This document shows positions 17,871-26,136 of a DNA stretch of 64,000 nucleotides, piece by piece. The position numbers and the translations under genes were made by a program. The DNA is from Candidatus Harrisonbacteria bacterium RIFCSPHIGHO2_02_FULL_40_20 (GTDB taxonomy: Bacteria; Patescibacteriota; Minisyncoccia; UBA6257; WO2-44-18), in the NCBI GenBank assembly GCA_001818675.1, contig MHJF01000006.1, positions 3,157-67,156 on the forward strand, given 5' to 3'. The first letter of the stretch is position 1, and each line of letters opens with the position of its first letter. The notes beneath the pieces are model-generated. The model saw nothing but the letters and a program-made list of their open reading frames with translations. It ran no database searches and had not been told where the DNA came from.

Positions 17871-17926
17871 TGGACCTACGGGGAGTCGAACCTCGACTTT
17901 CCCGATGTCCATCGGGACGTAACATC
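17871..17926 (-). pseudogene. tRNA-Ala-like 3' fragment (T-arm plus acceptor arm) containing a REP-like hairpin
   Basis: GTTCGACTCCCCGTAGGTCCA matches 18 of 21 positions of the 3' end of the adjacent tRNA-Ala; contains the hairpin tcccgatggacatcggga, which shares the REP core cgatgtccat; no 5' half is present. Confidence 0.45.
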
Positions 17927-17930
17927 TTTT

Positions 17931-18004
17931 TGGTGGACCTAAGGAGAATCGAACTCCTACCTTTTCCATGCCATGGAAACGTAATACCATTTTACTATAG
18001 GCCC
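17931..18004 (-). tRNA. tRNA-Ala (anticodon GGC), CCA encoded
   Basis: Acceptor GGGCCTA/TAGGTCC with G3:U70, anticodon loop ATGGCAT, 3' CCA present. Confidence 0.8.
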
Positions 18005-18101
18005 TAAAACAATTATTGAATAATTGTTCGGGCGATTCACTAGTTGGTGAATTTAGCCCGAGCAGGCAAAATTTGCCCTTGAAAAGGATTATAAAGTAAA
18101 T

Positions 18102-18548
18102 TTATAAAATAACAATCTCGGCTTTTTGAAGCCCGAATTTACGGGCTTGAGCAGTGCTGGCAAACCAAATATCTACGCGATGAAAATAACGCGAAGCCAT
18201 GCGGTCTTCCACAATAAAAATCTTATCGCCATAAAGTTCTGGAATTTTAATTTTAGCTCCAATTTTTAAAAAGTTAGCTGCTACAATACCATCACGAACA
18301 TGAGTTCCCGAAGCTGTAATAAACGGAGTGTTATCAGTTTGATCAGGAGTAGAAGAATAAGCTGTGATATCCACAGTCAATCTAGTAGGTTGATATAATT
18401 GAGGAGCCATAATCAGATTGATTGAGGTAGAATTGATTTGATCCTCAAAAAGCTCTTTTGTAATAGAAATAGGGCCCGAAAAATTAAGGGTTTGAAAAGA
18501 AAACGCTAGAAATAAAGCAAAACTTAAGCTTTTGGTCATAGGTTTCAT
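18102..18548 (-). CDS. 3D-domain (MltA/YuiC-like) cell-wall-associated protein
   Basis: ITAYSSTPDQTDNTPFITASGTHVRDGIVAAN...IFIVEDRMASRYFHRVDIWF; signal peptide; start taken at MKPMTKS. Confidence 0.65.
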   Translation of the reverse strand: MKPMTKSLSFALFLAFSFQTLNFSGPISITKELFEDQINSTSINLIMAPQLYQPTRLTVDITAYSSTPDQTDNTPFITASGTHVRDGIVAANFLKIGAKIKIPELYGDKIFIVEDRMASRYFHRVDIWFASTAQARKFGLQKAEIVIL

Positions 18549-18644
18549 AATGCTTTTTATCACTGGAGGTAACAAAAAATGCCCTTTCAGGCAGTAGTGT
18601 TTGTACTCTTCAGTTTGGATATATACTAGCAAATGGCAACCGAT

Positions 18645-18673
18645 TTGTCAAGTGCCTTAAAATCTGGTATAAT
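18645..18673 (+). promoter_or_regulatory. sigma-70-like promoter (TTGTCA, 17 nt spacer, TATAAT) for the tRNA cluster
   Basis: Consensus-like boxes about 30 nt upstream of tRNA-Arg(CCT). Confidence 0.55.
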
Positions 18674-18704
18674 ATTGGCTATAATTAGCCAGAGAGCAAC
18701 AAAT

Positions 18705-18776
18705 GCCCTCGTAATTCAATGGACAGAATAGCTCCGTCCTAAGGAGAAAATGACTGTTCGATTCAGTCCGAGGGCA
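18705..18776 (+). tRNA. tRNA-Arg (anticodon CCT)
   Basis: Acceptor GCCCTCG/CGAGGGC, anticodon loop GTCCTAA, T-loop TTCGATT. Confidence 0.75.
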
Positions 18777-18778
18777 AA

Positions 18779-18832
18779 GGCTAAATCTGCCAGCTGGCGG
18801 ATCGCCCGATTGCCAATAGCGGTTTAGGGAGG
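18779..18832 (+). promoter_or_regulatory. partial copy of the recurrent ggctaaatc...ccagctggcgg...gtttagggagg motif in the tRNA-Arg/tRNA-Ser spacer
   Basis: First 32 nt match the motif upstream of 40929 and 55413; 3' end overlaps the 5' end of tRNA-Ser. Confidence 0.5.
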
Positions 18833-18914
18833 GTTGGCAGAGTGGTTTAACGCGCCGCACTCGAAATGCGGTTGGGGAGAAATCCCCTCGGAGGTTCGAA
18901 TCCTCCACCCTCCG
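18828..18914 (+). tRNA. tRNA-Ser (anticodon CGA)
   Basis: Long variable arm; anticodon loop CTCGAAA; acceptor GGAGGGT/ACCCTCC. Confidence 0.8.
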
Positions 18915-18916
18915 TT

Positions 18917-18987
18917 GGGCCTATAGTTCAGTGGCAGAACGCCTCGTTTGCAACGAGGAGGCGCCAGTTCAATTCTGGCTAGGTCCA
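18917..18987 (+). tRNA. tRNA-Ala (anticodon TGC)
   Basis: Acceptor GGGCCTA/TAGGTCC with G3:U70, anticodon loop TTTGCAA. Confidence 0.8.
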
Positions 18988-19013
18988 TTACAGAAAAGGT
19001 ACGGGGCAAGTGA

Positions 19014-19044
19014 GGAAGCGCGAGTTCGATTCTCGCCGAGTCCA
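19014..19044 (+). pseudogene. tRNA 3' fragment (T-arm plus acceptor arm), a diverged copy of the 3' end of tRNA-Ala(TGC)
   Basis: GGAAGCGCGAGTTCGATTCTCGCCGAGTCCA; no matching 5' half. Confidence 0.4.
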
Positions 19045-19081
19045 AAATTTAATTTAAATTTACTGGTACCTACATTTATTT

Positions 19082-19660
19082 ATGGAGAGCAAAGAAAAAC
19101 ATTATAAGGAAATATCCGCAACTTGGAGGAATTTTGAACAAATTATCGAAGAGTTAAAGTTAAAACAAGAAGACTTAGAGGATAAAATAATTCTTGATAT
19201 AGGTAGCGGTGGCGGCGGTTTTGCCGCGGGCGTTAAAGAAAATCCCGAACTTAACTCAAGAGTTATTTCTCTTGACCCTAACTATAATCTAGAAAAATTG
19301 TCGGAAGAAAACGCCAATTTAATTAAGAAGGCTGTACGAGAATTAAAATCAGAGCAATTACCAATGGTAGCGGGTTTATCTCAAGAGCTTCCGTTTAAGG
19401 ATGAAAGCATAGATTTAGTAATATCCAACCACGCCGTTCCGTGGCACATATTAGATAGCGCAGACAAGGTTTCTAAAAGCATTAAGGAGATGATAAGAGT
19501 TTTAAAACCTGGAGGCGAAATAAGGCTTCATCCGGTAGATGAAAAAATTTATAACATAGTCGCCATCATCATAGAAGGCGTTAAACGAAAAGAATTAGAA
19601 TTAAAAAGACGAGAAGATTTGGTTATTATAAGAAAAGTTGTTATGGAAAATAAAGAATGA
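19082..19660 (+). CDS. class I SAM-dependent methyltransferase
   Basis: Motif I ILDIGSGGGGFAAG and post-I LKPGGEIRL. Confidence 0.7.
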   Translation: MESKEKHYKEISATWRNFEQIIEELKLKQEDLEDKIILDIGSGGGGFAAGVKENPELNSRVISLDPNYNLEKLSEENANLIKKAVRELKSEQLPMVAGLSQELPFKDESIDLVISNHAVPWHILDSADKVSKSIKEMIRVLKPGGEIRLHPVDEKIYNIVAIIIEGVKRKELELKRREDLVIIRKVVMENKE

Positions 19661-19675
19661 TACCATAAACTTACG

Positions 19676-20098
19676 ATGAGATTTTTTGGAGGAATGGGAA
19701 TGTATGAAGGAATGATGGAATTTAGTGATGTTTCCGTTTTTATCGGCAGGTTTTTCGGGTTTTATCTTTTGATAGTGGCGGTGGCCTTGCTGGTTAATCG
19801 CAAGCGTCTAATTTCAATTGTAAAGAGTTTTGCTGATAATCCGGCATTGATGATCTTCTCTGGATTTGTGAATTTAGTTTTGGGGCTTTTAGCGGTAATG
19901 TTCCACAATATTTGGGTTAGTGATTGGCGGTTGGTGGTGACTATTTTAGCTTGGTTGACTTTAGTAAAGGGGCTTGGTCGCTGGTTTTTCCCGGACGTCG
20001 CTAAAAAAATGGCCGTTAAAGTGAATGATCGCTGGGTGGTTATCACCGCTTTGAGTTGTTTGGTTGTCGGGTTATATCTTCTTAGTAATACTTTTTAA
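19676..20098 (+). CDS. hypothetical integral membrane protein (about 4 TM helices)
   Basis: Hydrophobicity pattern only. Confidence 0.45.
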   Translation: MRFFGGMGMYEGMMEFSDVSVFIGRFFGFYLLIVAVALLVNRKRLISIVKSFADNPALMIFSGFVNLVLGLLAVMFHNIWVSDWRLVVTILAWLTLVKGLGRWFFPDVAKKMAVKVNDRWVVITALSCLVVGLYLLSNTF

Positions 20099-20183
20099 TT
20101 TTAATCATCATAGTTTTTCTTTGAAAAAATCTGGTAATAGCTTATTATATTCTTAGTTCTTTAATTATGACGAGGAGGAATTT

Positions 20184-20702
20184 ATGAAAAATTTGCGGTC
20201 CAAGAAAGTTTCGGAATCCGCGACGAATGATCATACTCATCTTCTTTTCCCCAATGATCTTAATGCCATTGGTACGGCTTTTGGCGGCAGGGTAGTGGAA
20301 ATTGCCGATCGCTTGGCATCCACTGTGGCGCGCCGCCATAGCGGCAGAACTTGCGTGACTTTACTTATAGATTCCGTGCGTTTTTTGGGTCCGGCCGCTC
20401 AAGGCGAAATTTTAGTTTTTAAAGCCGCGGTCAATCGAGTCTGGAATACTTCTATGGAAGTAGGCGTGAAAGTGCTGGCAGAAAATTCAAAAATCGGGAA
20501 GCAAAGGCACGTGGCCTCAGCTTATTTTACTTTCGTAGCGATTAATTCTAAAAACAGTCCGGTGAAAATTCGATCGGTTGTATCGGAAACTGAAGAGGAA
20601 AAGCGGCGTTATCGTGAAGCCGATGAGCGGCGCGAAGAACGGCTACGTCATTGTATAGTTAAAGGATGTCGTAATAAGAAAGGAGCAAAGAGTGGCGACT
20701 AA
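20184..20702 (+). CDS. acyl-CoA thioesterase (hotdog fold, YciA-like)
   Basis: LFPNDLNAIGTAFGGRVVEIADRLAS...LLIDSVRFLGPAAQGEIL; GGAGG ribosome-binding site. Confidence 0.75.
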   Translation: MKNLRSKKVSESATNDHTHLLFPNDLNAIGTAFGGRVVEIADRLASTVARRHSGRTCVTLLIDSVRFLGPAAQGEILVFKAAVNRVWNTSMEVGVKVLAENSKIGKQRHVASAYFTFVAINSKNSPVKIRSVVSETEEEKRRYREADERREERLRHCIVKGCRNKKGAKSGD

Positions 20703-21135
20703 AAAAAGTTCGATTTTGCGGCTGGCAGAAATAAATCATCTTTTAAGCCAGCTCTCGGAAAGAGCTAAGCCCCTTACTTTAAAAAAGTTTAATGAAACAA
20801 TTCTTAAGCAGAAGAATTTTTGTCTTCTTAGGGCCTATCTTGAAGATTCTTCTGAAACCGGACAGTTAGTTGGTATGGGAAGTATTTATTTTGAGCATAC
20901 ATTGAGCGGGTTTAAGGGTTATATTGACGATGTGGTGGTTGATAAGATGTATCGCGGATTAAGCATTGGCGAGCAGATTACTCGCGGTTTAATTAGGGTC
21001 GCAAAAAAGCGCGGGGCAGAATGGATTGATTTGACCAGCAATCCAAAGCGCAAAGCCGCCATCGCTTTGTATAAAAAATTAGGATTCCGGAAACGAGACT
21101 CTAAGCCCTATCGCTTAGTTTTGAAGAAAAAATAA
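20692..21135 (+). CDS. GNAT-family N-acetyltransferase
   Basis: Acetyl-CoA-binding motif YRGLSIGEQITRGLIRVAKKRGA. Confidence 0.75.
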   Translation: MATKKSSILRLAEINHLLSQLSERAKPLTLKKFNETILKQKNFCLLRAYLEDSSETGQLVGMGSIYFEHTLSGFKGYIDDVVVDKMYRGLSIGEQITRGLIRVAKKRGAEWIDLTSNPKRKAAIALYKKLGFRKRDSKPYRLVLKKK

Positions 21136-21326
21136 CTTTTGTAAGTTGATATTGAAATAGCGTCTCAAAGACGCTATTTTTATTAGAGTTGGTGGGGGTG
21201 GTTTGACTACCGCCGTTGGCGGGGCCTCGCTATGAACGGTGGGTGGTTTAAAGAGTTTGTCTTGTTTTCGTTTTGTTTGATCTGCCGGTTGGCGGAGAAG
21301 CTACAAAACGCAATCCCGCACAAAGC

Positions 21327-21413
21327 GGAAGGTTGGCAGAGTGGTCTAACGCGCCGCACTTGAAATGCGGTATCCCGGAAACGGGATCGGAGGTTCGAAT
21401 CCTCCACCTTCCG
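21327..21413 (+). tRNA. tRNA-Ser (anticodon TGA)
   Basis: Long variable arm, anticodon loop CTTGAAA. Confidence 0.8.
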
Positions 21414-21460
21414 AAAAAATAAAAATCCTCGACGTAAGGTCGGGGATTTTGTGTATAAAT

Positions 21461-22603
21461 TTATTCGTTTTTTCGAATTTCAAATCTTGGATATAATTCT
21501 TTCATTCGTTCCACTAAACCGGTGTAAGCGATTTCTTCTTCAGAAGCCATCGCGACTCCGAAAAATCCTTGTTCGCGCATATAGCTGGATTTAGCTAGAG
21601 CTTTTTGTCGCGCCTCTTCCCATTCCAAGCCTTCAAATATATCAATCTCTTCTTCGGTAAATTGCCCATTTTGATTCATAGAAAAAGCGAGACAAGAAAC
21701 AATTGGCTGGCAATATCCGCCGCGCACTGGCGTTTGAATAGATACTGGCATCAGAGCCATTGTATGGCTGCCGCGGCAATCGCCAGTGACAAACGGGCAG
21801 TCTTTAAACGGTTCTACAACTTCTTCTGTCGCCGAGAAAATTCCTTGCGTTCGGACAATCATTATAGGATCATCTTTACCGGTGTATTTTCCGGCAATAT
21901 TGTGCAGGCGCGTGGCGGAAACAGATACGAATTGTTCATTAGGATAAGCGTTAGAGTAGGCCGCTTCTATGGCAAATCGATCAATATTTCTTAAGAGCGC
22001 TGCTAATTTGATATGCCCAAGCCCTTCAGCTGTATTAATTTTGATAATTCGATCAGTATTTTTGTCTTTATGGTCCATATCAATGACGGTTGCGGTAAAT
22101 CCTAGGAAGAGTTTTGGGGAAAGAAGTAATCCGCCGTTTCGCATCGGATTGCAGAGTGTGTTCCAAAGCGCGAAATTGTACGCGCCCGGGCCGCATTTAT
22201 CCGCGGCAAACACTAAAAATGCTTCGGCTGGCCGATGGTTAGGTAAAAGTTCAAATTCTGTTTCTGCCACTGCCGGGCCTGCGCCCCGAACGTTCCCCGA
22301 AGGCGCATCCACTAATAGATCCTGCCCCGCTCCATAAAAACCGTAATGCTTGGCGATACGAGTTGCTTCTTTAAAAACATTCCAAGCAAATAAATGAATT
22401 AACGAAGCGCCTTTGCCAAGAGTATGGCTCATAATTAAACAAAGATCGTCGCCGGTGTAAGTAACTATTCCGTCAATCAATAAACCGGAGGTTTTGGCTT
22501 GGCGCATTAAATCTTCGCAAGATTGAACCATCGTATCGCCTGGTTTAGTGTGGCCACCAATACTTCCTACATCAGCTTTGATCACTGATAGAGTAACGCG
22601 CAT
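21461..22603 (-). CDS. fbp: fructose-1,6-bisphosphate aldolase/phosphatase (class V FBPase, archaeal type)
   Basis: N-terminus MRVTLSVIKADVGSIGGHTKP and full-length similarity to bifunctional FBP aldolase/phosphatases; GC content above its surroundings. Confidence 0.8.
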   Translation of the reverse strand: MRVTLSVIKADVGSIGGHTKPGDTMVQSCEDLMRQAKTSGLLIDGIVTYTGDDLCLIMSHTLGKGASLIHLFAWNVFKEATRIAKHYGFYGAGQDLLVDAPSGNVRGAGPAVAETEFELLPNHRPAEAFLVFAADKCGPGAYNFALWNTLCNPMRNGGLLLSPKLFLGFTATVIDMDHKDKNTDRIIKINTAEGLGHIKLAALLRNIDRFAIEAAYSNAYPNEQFVSVSATRLHNIAGKYTGKDDPIMIVRTQGIFSATEEVVEPFKDCPFVTGDCRGSHTMALMPVSIQTPVRGGYCQPIVSCLAFSMNQNGQFTEEEIDIFEGLEWEEARQKALAKSSYMREQGFFGVAMASEEEIAYTGLVERMKELYPRFEIRKNE

Positions 22604-22609
22604 AGTCGT

Positions 22610-22670
22610 CTCCCTAAATCAAAACGGGGTTTTGATCGGCTATAGCCCGATGGGCTCGCCCATTTAGGGG
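22610..22670 (-). promoter_or_regulatory. 5'-UTR structured motif, fbp copy (cccctaaatgggcgagcccatcgggctatagccgatcaaaaccccgttttgatttagggag)
   Basis: Minus-strand copy of the ctaaat...caaaacCYCgttttg...atttagggag motif, 6 nt upstream of the fbp ATG. Confidence 0.55.
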
Positions 22671-22793
22671 CGAACAATTTACGAAGCAAATTGTTTTAGC
22701 CTTTTCAATTTTAAAGAACATTTTTCGCTAAAATATTAGCGTACTAAATATAACTTGGTCAAATGCGAATTAGTTATTTGATATAATAAAGAA

Positions 22794-25394
22794 GTGATTA
22801 CAAAAGACATTTTAAGCCGGAGTTTTTGGGCGCTTCCGAAGCATGAAGTTTTAGATATCTTAGAAACTAGTTTTGACGGTTTAGTGGAAGAGGATGCTAA
22901 AGAACGGCAGGGGATTTTTGGAAAGAATATTTTATTAAAGAGGACGCGGACCGCCGCGCTTCAGATTTTTTTACGCCAATTTGAGAGTCCGCTTATCTTT
23001 TTGCTTTTGATCGCTGTTGCTATAACGGGATTTTTACAAGATTACAAGGACGCGGTTTTTATTGGCTTAGCGGTAGCCATTAATGTCGCTTTGGGATTTT
23101 ATCAAGAGAATAAAGCGGAATCGGTTATTGCCCATATTCAAAGCTATGTTCGAGAAAAAGCAAAGGTTTTTCGAAACAATCAAGAATTAGAAATAGATGC
23201 GGAGGAATTAACGCCAGGAGACATTGTGCATGTTACCCAAGGCGACCGAGTGCCTGCTGACTGCCGGTTGATTTATATCAATGATTTAATGGTAGATGAA
23301 TCAATTTTAACAGGGGAGTCTTTGCCTTCTGTTAAAACCACCGAGCCTTCTAGTTTTAAAGCGGTTCTAGGAGATCAGCGATCCATGATTTTTAAAGGCA
23401 CTTCTGTTGTGCAAGGTTTTGCTAACGTTGTTGTTTGCCGAACTGGATTAAATACAGAATTGGGTAAAATCGCTTCATTGGTAGCGGCGGCAGAAAAAGA
23501 AAAAACTCCTTTGCAGCTTGCTATTAGCCGTTTTGCCCTAAAAGCCAGTATTTTTTTAATATTTTTAACCACCGTAATTTTTTTCACAGGCATTGCTTTG
23601 GGCAAGTCAATGCTAGAAATGTTTTTAACTTCGGTAGCAATCGCTGTTGCCGCGGTGCCGGAAGGATTGCCGGTTGCGATGACGGTGATTTTAGCGATTG
23701 GCGTCCAGCGTTTAGCAGAAAGGCGTGGCGTAGTGAGAAAATTATTAGCGGCGGAAACTTTGGGGAGCACGTCTATAATTCTTACTGATAAAACCGGAAC
23801 GCTTACGGAAGCTAAAATGTCTCTGTCTTTAGTGGAGTGTTTTGCGTCTACTTGCGATCGGGATGATTTATTAAAATTCGCGCTTTTAAATAGCGATGTG
23901 GTGATTGAAAATCCTCGTGAACATCCGGAGAATTGGCGAATTATCGGGCGCCCCTTAGAAGCGGCGATGGTGAGTTCGGCGGCTGGTTATGGAGTATTAC
24001 TGCCGAAATTAAGAAAAGAAAATAAAATTATAGACTCCCTGCCTTTTAATTCTTCTAATAAATTCTCCGCTTCGTTATTAGAACATGCCGATTACCATCT
24101 TTTGACGATGTTTGGCGCTCCGGAGATATTGTTAAAATTTTCTGATTTGCCGGCAGAAGAGAAAAAACGCATTAATCATGAAATCAATAAGTTGGCTACT
24201 AGCGGCGAGCGAGTTTTAGCTATTGCCACAAAAAGATTTACTCCAGAAAGCGAAATCTTTTTGCGGGATAAAAAAACTTATAATGATATAAATTTTTTGG
24301 GCATTGTGGCTTTTCGCGATCCGGTCAGGCCACATGTTAGAGATGTTATTGAACGCGTTAAAGAAGCAGGCGTCAAAGTGGTTATTGTCACTGGAGATCA
24401 CCAAGGGACTGCAGAAGCTGTAGCAAGAGAGGTGGGTTTGGCGGCGCGGCCCGACGAAATCATCAATGGCGCTGAATTGGATGCATTAACTGAAGATGAA
24501 TTAAAAATGAAATTGCCGATTTTAAAAATCGTTTCTCGGGTAAGTCCGGAAGGCAAAGTTCGCATTGCTAAAGGCTATAAAGCTTTAGGTGAAACTGTGG
24601 CGATGACTGGTGATGGTCTAAACGACGCGGCGTCTCTAAAAGAAGCCGATATCGGAATTGCTATGGGATCGGGCGCTGATGTGGCGAAAGATGTTTCCGA
24701 CCTCGTTCTTTTAGATAATGATTTTTCTACGATTGTTACTGCTATTGAAGAGGGTCGAAGAATTTTAGAAAATATCCGGAAAGTGATTGTTTATTTAATG
24801 TCTTCGATTTTTGATGAACTAATTTTAATAGGCGCTGCTTTGGCTTTTGGAGTGGCTCTTCCTTTGAACGCGCTACAAATTTTATTTATCAACTTTGTTA
24901 CAGATAGTTTTCCGGCTATGGGATTAGCCTTTGAAGATCATATTGATTACTTAATGACAAAGCGCCGGAAAGCTAGTTTAAATTTATTTGATAAAGAAAT
25001 GAGATTGCTGACTTTGACGATTGGAATACCTACCAGCCTGATGCTGTTTGTAATTTATTGGGGCTTATTGAAATATGGATTAGACCCTGCTGAAGTTAAA
25101 ACTTTTATTTTTGCCGCTTTCGGAACTTATTCTTTGTTCCTGATTTTTTCTGTTCGGAGCTTGCGCAAGCCCATTTTTACTTATAATCCTTTTTCCAATT
25201 TTTATTTATTGGGCGCGGTATTTTTCAGCGCTGGCTTTATAGTTGCCTCTATCTATTGGATTCCGCTACAACAACTTTTGGGAAATGTTGCTTTATCGCC
25301 ATTGTGGTTAGTGGGAGTTGCTGGTGTGGGATTAATCAATATCATAGCGGTTGAGACGGGGAAATTTTTTATACGTAAAAAGGCAAATCTATAA
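22794..25394 (+). CDS. P-type cation-transporting ATPase (type II, Ca2+/Mg2+-like)
   Basis: DKTGTLT phosphorylation motif, TGDGLNDAASLKEADIGIAMG hinge, 10 TM helices. Confidence 0.9.
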   Translation: MITKDILSRSFWALPKHEVLDILETSFDGLVEEDAKERQGIFGKNILLKRTRTAALQIFLRQFESPLIFLLLIAVAITGFLQDYKDAVFIGLAVAINVALGFYQENKAESVIAHIQSYVREKAKVFRNNQELEIDAEELTPGDIVHVTQGDRVPADCRLIYINDLMVDESILTGESLPSVKTTEPSSFKAVLGDQRSMIFKGTSVVQGFANVVVCRTGLNTELGKIASLVAAAEKEKTPLQLAISRFALKASIFLIFLTTVIFFTGIALGKSMLEMFLTSVAIAVAAVPEGLPVAMTVILAIGVQRLAERRGVVRKLLAAETLGSTSIILTDKTGTLTEAKMSLSLVECFASTCDRDDLLKFALLNSDVVIENPREHPENWRIIGRPLEAAMVSSAAGYGVLLPKLRKENKIIDSLPFNSSNKFSASLLEHADYHLLTMFGAPEILLKFSDLPAEEKKRINHEINKLATSGERVLAIATKRFTPESEIFLRDKKTYNDINFLGIVAFRDPVRPHVRDVIERVKEAGVKVVIVTGDHQGTAEAVAREVGLAARPDEIINGAELDALTEDELKMKLPILKIVSRVSPEGKVRIAKGYKALGETVAMTGDGLNDAASLKEADIGIAMGSGADVAKDVSDLVLLDNDFSTIVTAIEEGRRILENIRKVIVYLMSSIFDELILIGAALAFGVALPLNALQILFINFVTDSFPAMGLAFEDHIDYLMTKRRKASLNLFDKEMRLLTLTIGIPTSLMLFVIYWGLLKYGLDPAEVKTFIFAAFGTYSLFLIFSVRSLRKPIFTYNPFSNFYLLGAVFFSAGFIVASIYWIPLQQLLGNVALSPLWLVGVAGVGLINIIAVETGKFFIRKKANL

Positions 25395-25418
25395 GGCGTT
25401 CGTAACGGCTTAGATAGA

Positions 25419-26135
25419 TTATTCGGCTTTGGCTATCGTAATGGCGATTATCTTTTTAGCGCCGGAGGATTTTAAAGTTTTCGCGGCTTCGGTTAGGGTA
25501 GATCCCGAAGTTACGATGTCATCCACCAGCACAATAATTTTCCCTTTTATTAATTCAGGATTTTTTACAAAAAAAGAATTAACAACGTTCTTAGTTCTTT
25601 GTTCAAGGTTTTTAAGTTCCATCTGGGGCAGGGTATTTTTATTTTTTAATAGGCAATTTTTAACTAAAGGCAAGTTTAATTTTGCGCTGGCGGTTTCGGC
25701 AATTAATTTAGATTGGTTAAAGCCGCGTTGGCGTTCTTTTGTGGGATGAAGCGGAAGAGGAATAACGATCGGGCTTATTCGGCCAATTGGGCTGATAAGC
25801 TCAATAAGCTGAAGTTTATTCAGATAAGTTTCCATAATCATTTTTAATGGCTTGGCGGCCGCGGTTTTCTTGTTATATTTTAATTCCCAAATTATTTTTT
25901 TTATTGGATCGGCGTATTTAGTCGCGGATCCTAAGACGTAGAGAGAATTTTTATGGCAGATTTTTTTATTTTCTGGCAATCGCGCGCGGCAAAGGCCGCA
26001 AAAGAGCGTTGAATAGATAGGAATTTTAGCAAAACATTCAGCGCAAAGGAAAGACTCTTCTTTTTTTACAATCTTGTCGCAGTTAAAACACAGTCGGGGG
26101 AAAATGGCATTTAGTATGTGATATAATAATGACAT
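25419..26135 (-). CDS. comFC: ComF-family competence protein (phosphoribosyltransferase domain)
   Basis: N-terminal double CxxC zinc finger and a C-terminal PRTase motif IVLVDDIVTSGSTL. Confidence 0.8.
   Translation of the reverse strand: MSLLYHILNAIFPRLCFNCDKIVKKEESFLCAECFAKIPIYSTLFCGLCRARLPENKKICHKNSLYVLGSATKYADPIKKIIWELKYNKKTAAAKPLKMIMETYLNKLQLIELISPIGRISPIVIPLPLHPTKERQRGFNQSKLIAETASAKLNLPLVKNCLLKNKNTLPQMELKNLEQRTKNVVNSFFVKNPELIKGKIIVLVDDIVTSGSTLTEAAKTLKSSGAKKIIAITIAKAE
26117..26127 (+). promoter_or_regulatory. extended -10 element tgtgaTATAAT, 9 nt upstream of the pilM ATG
   Basis: Sequence match; implies a leaderless or very short-leader pilM transcript. Confidence 0.4.
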
Positions 26136-26136
26136 A

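Noticed and set aside
18657-19045. Two ORF-track CDSs (83 aa on the minus strand, 73 aa on the plus strand)
   Set aside because: They lie entirely over the tRNA-Arg/Ser/Ala cluster; translations of tRNA sequence.
21207-21407. ORF-track CDS of 66 aa (minus strand)
   Set aside because: Overlaps tRNA-Ser(TGA).
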